Shown here piece after piece: positions 25,970 to 26,281 of a stretch of DNA of 26,281 bases. A program made the position numbers and the translations under genes. Source of the DNA: Candidatus Diapherotrites archaeon CG10_big_fil_rev_8_21_14_0_10_31_34 (lineage in GTDB: Archaea > Iainarchaeota > Iainarchaeia > Iainarchaeales > 1-14-0-10-31-34); the NCBI GenBank assembly GCA_002763225.1, contig PFAI01000025.1:9839-36119 (forward strand), in the 5' to 3' direction. Position 1 is the first letter of the stretch. Each line of letters begins with the position of its first letter. A model generated the notes under the pieces. It had not been told where the DNA came from. It saw only the letters and a program-made list of their open reading frames with translations, and did not search any database.

Positions 25970-26281
25970 GTGAAGTTTGGAATAATTTTAGGAACAAATG
26001 AACCAGAAAAAGCCTGGAATGCTTTCAGGTTTGGAGTGACAGCGCTTAAGGAAAACCATCAAGTAAAAGTTTTTCTTTTAAACGAAGGCGTTGAAGCAGA
26101 AGGCATTCAAAACAAAGAATATAACGTGAAACAACAAATTGATTTGTTCATTGAAAACAAAGGCCAAATACTGGTCTGCGGAACCTGCTTAAAGTCAAGG
26201 CAAAAAGAAGGCAGCAATGTCTGCCCGATTTCAACAATGAAAGACCTGCTTAAACTGGTTGAAGAATCAGACAAAATCCTG
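25970..26281 (+). CDS. DsrE/DsrF-like (YchN-type) protein, truncated at the window end; not in the ORF track
   Basis: GTG start; MKFGIILGTNEPEKAWNAFRFG...VFLLNEGVE...VCGTCLKSR...CPISTMKDLL. Confidence 0.85.
   Translation, partial: MKFGIILGTNEPEKAWNAFRFGVTALKENHQVKVFLLNEGVEAEGIQNKEYNVKQQIDLFIENKGQILVCGTCLKSRQKEGSNVCPISTMKDLLKLVEESDKIL

Noticed and set aside
25968..25973. ATG-TGA before the dsrE-like gene as a frameshifted pseudogene start
   Set aside because: The overlapping GTG at 25970 gives a complete-looking N-terminus and an open frame.

Overview
AT-rich archaeal DNA. Intron-containing tRNAs with BHB junctions, TATA-type promoters, ZPR1, archaeal HemK2 and a DRG-like GTPase indicate an archaeon; a DPANN lineage is an inference only. 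The left part (1-12.9 kb) holds an intron-containing tRNA-Pro overlapped by a free-standing HTH-LAGLIDADG endonuclease gene, two glycosyltransferases, and an intron-containing tRNA-Trp flanked by related GTAC-closed hairpins. It also holds housekeeping genes: OBG/DRG GTPase, HemK2, DsbA-like, TatD, RsmC-like methyltransferase, ZPR1, RNase HIII-like and an SDR. The right part (12.9-26.3 kb) is a large Cys/His/Met-rich metal and redox island, probably for copper. It contains HxlR with cytochrome b5, two tandem membrane proteins ending in the identical heptapeptide PDMVGGC, and a BlaI/CopY repressor with a sensor-less BlaR-like HExxH peptidase and two matching operators. These are followed by a His/Met-rich secreted protein, two DUF1573 proteins, a Trx-CcdA fusion, an unannotated TRASH mini-protein, rhodanese, PadR-TRASH, DUF302, a CopA P1B-ATPase carrying a 364-aa LAGLIDADG intein, a structured RNA-like element and a truncated DsrE-family gene. 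All family calls come from motif recognition by eye; no database searches were run.
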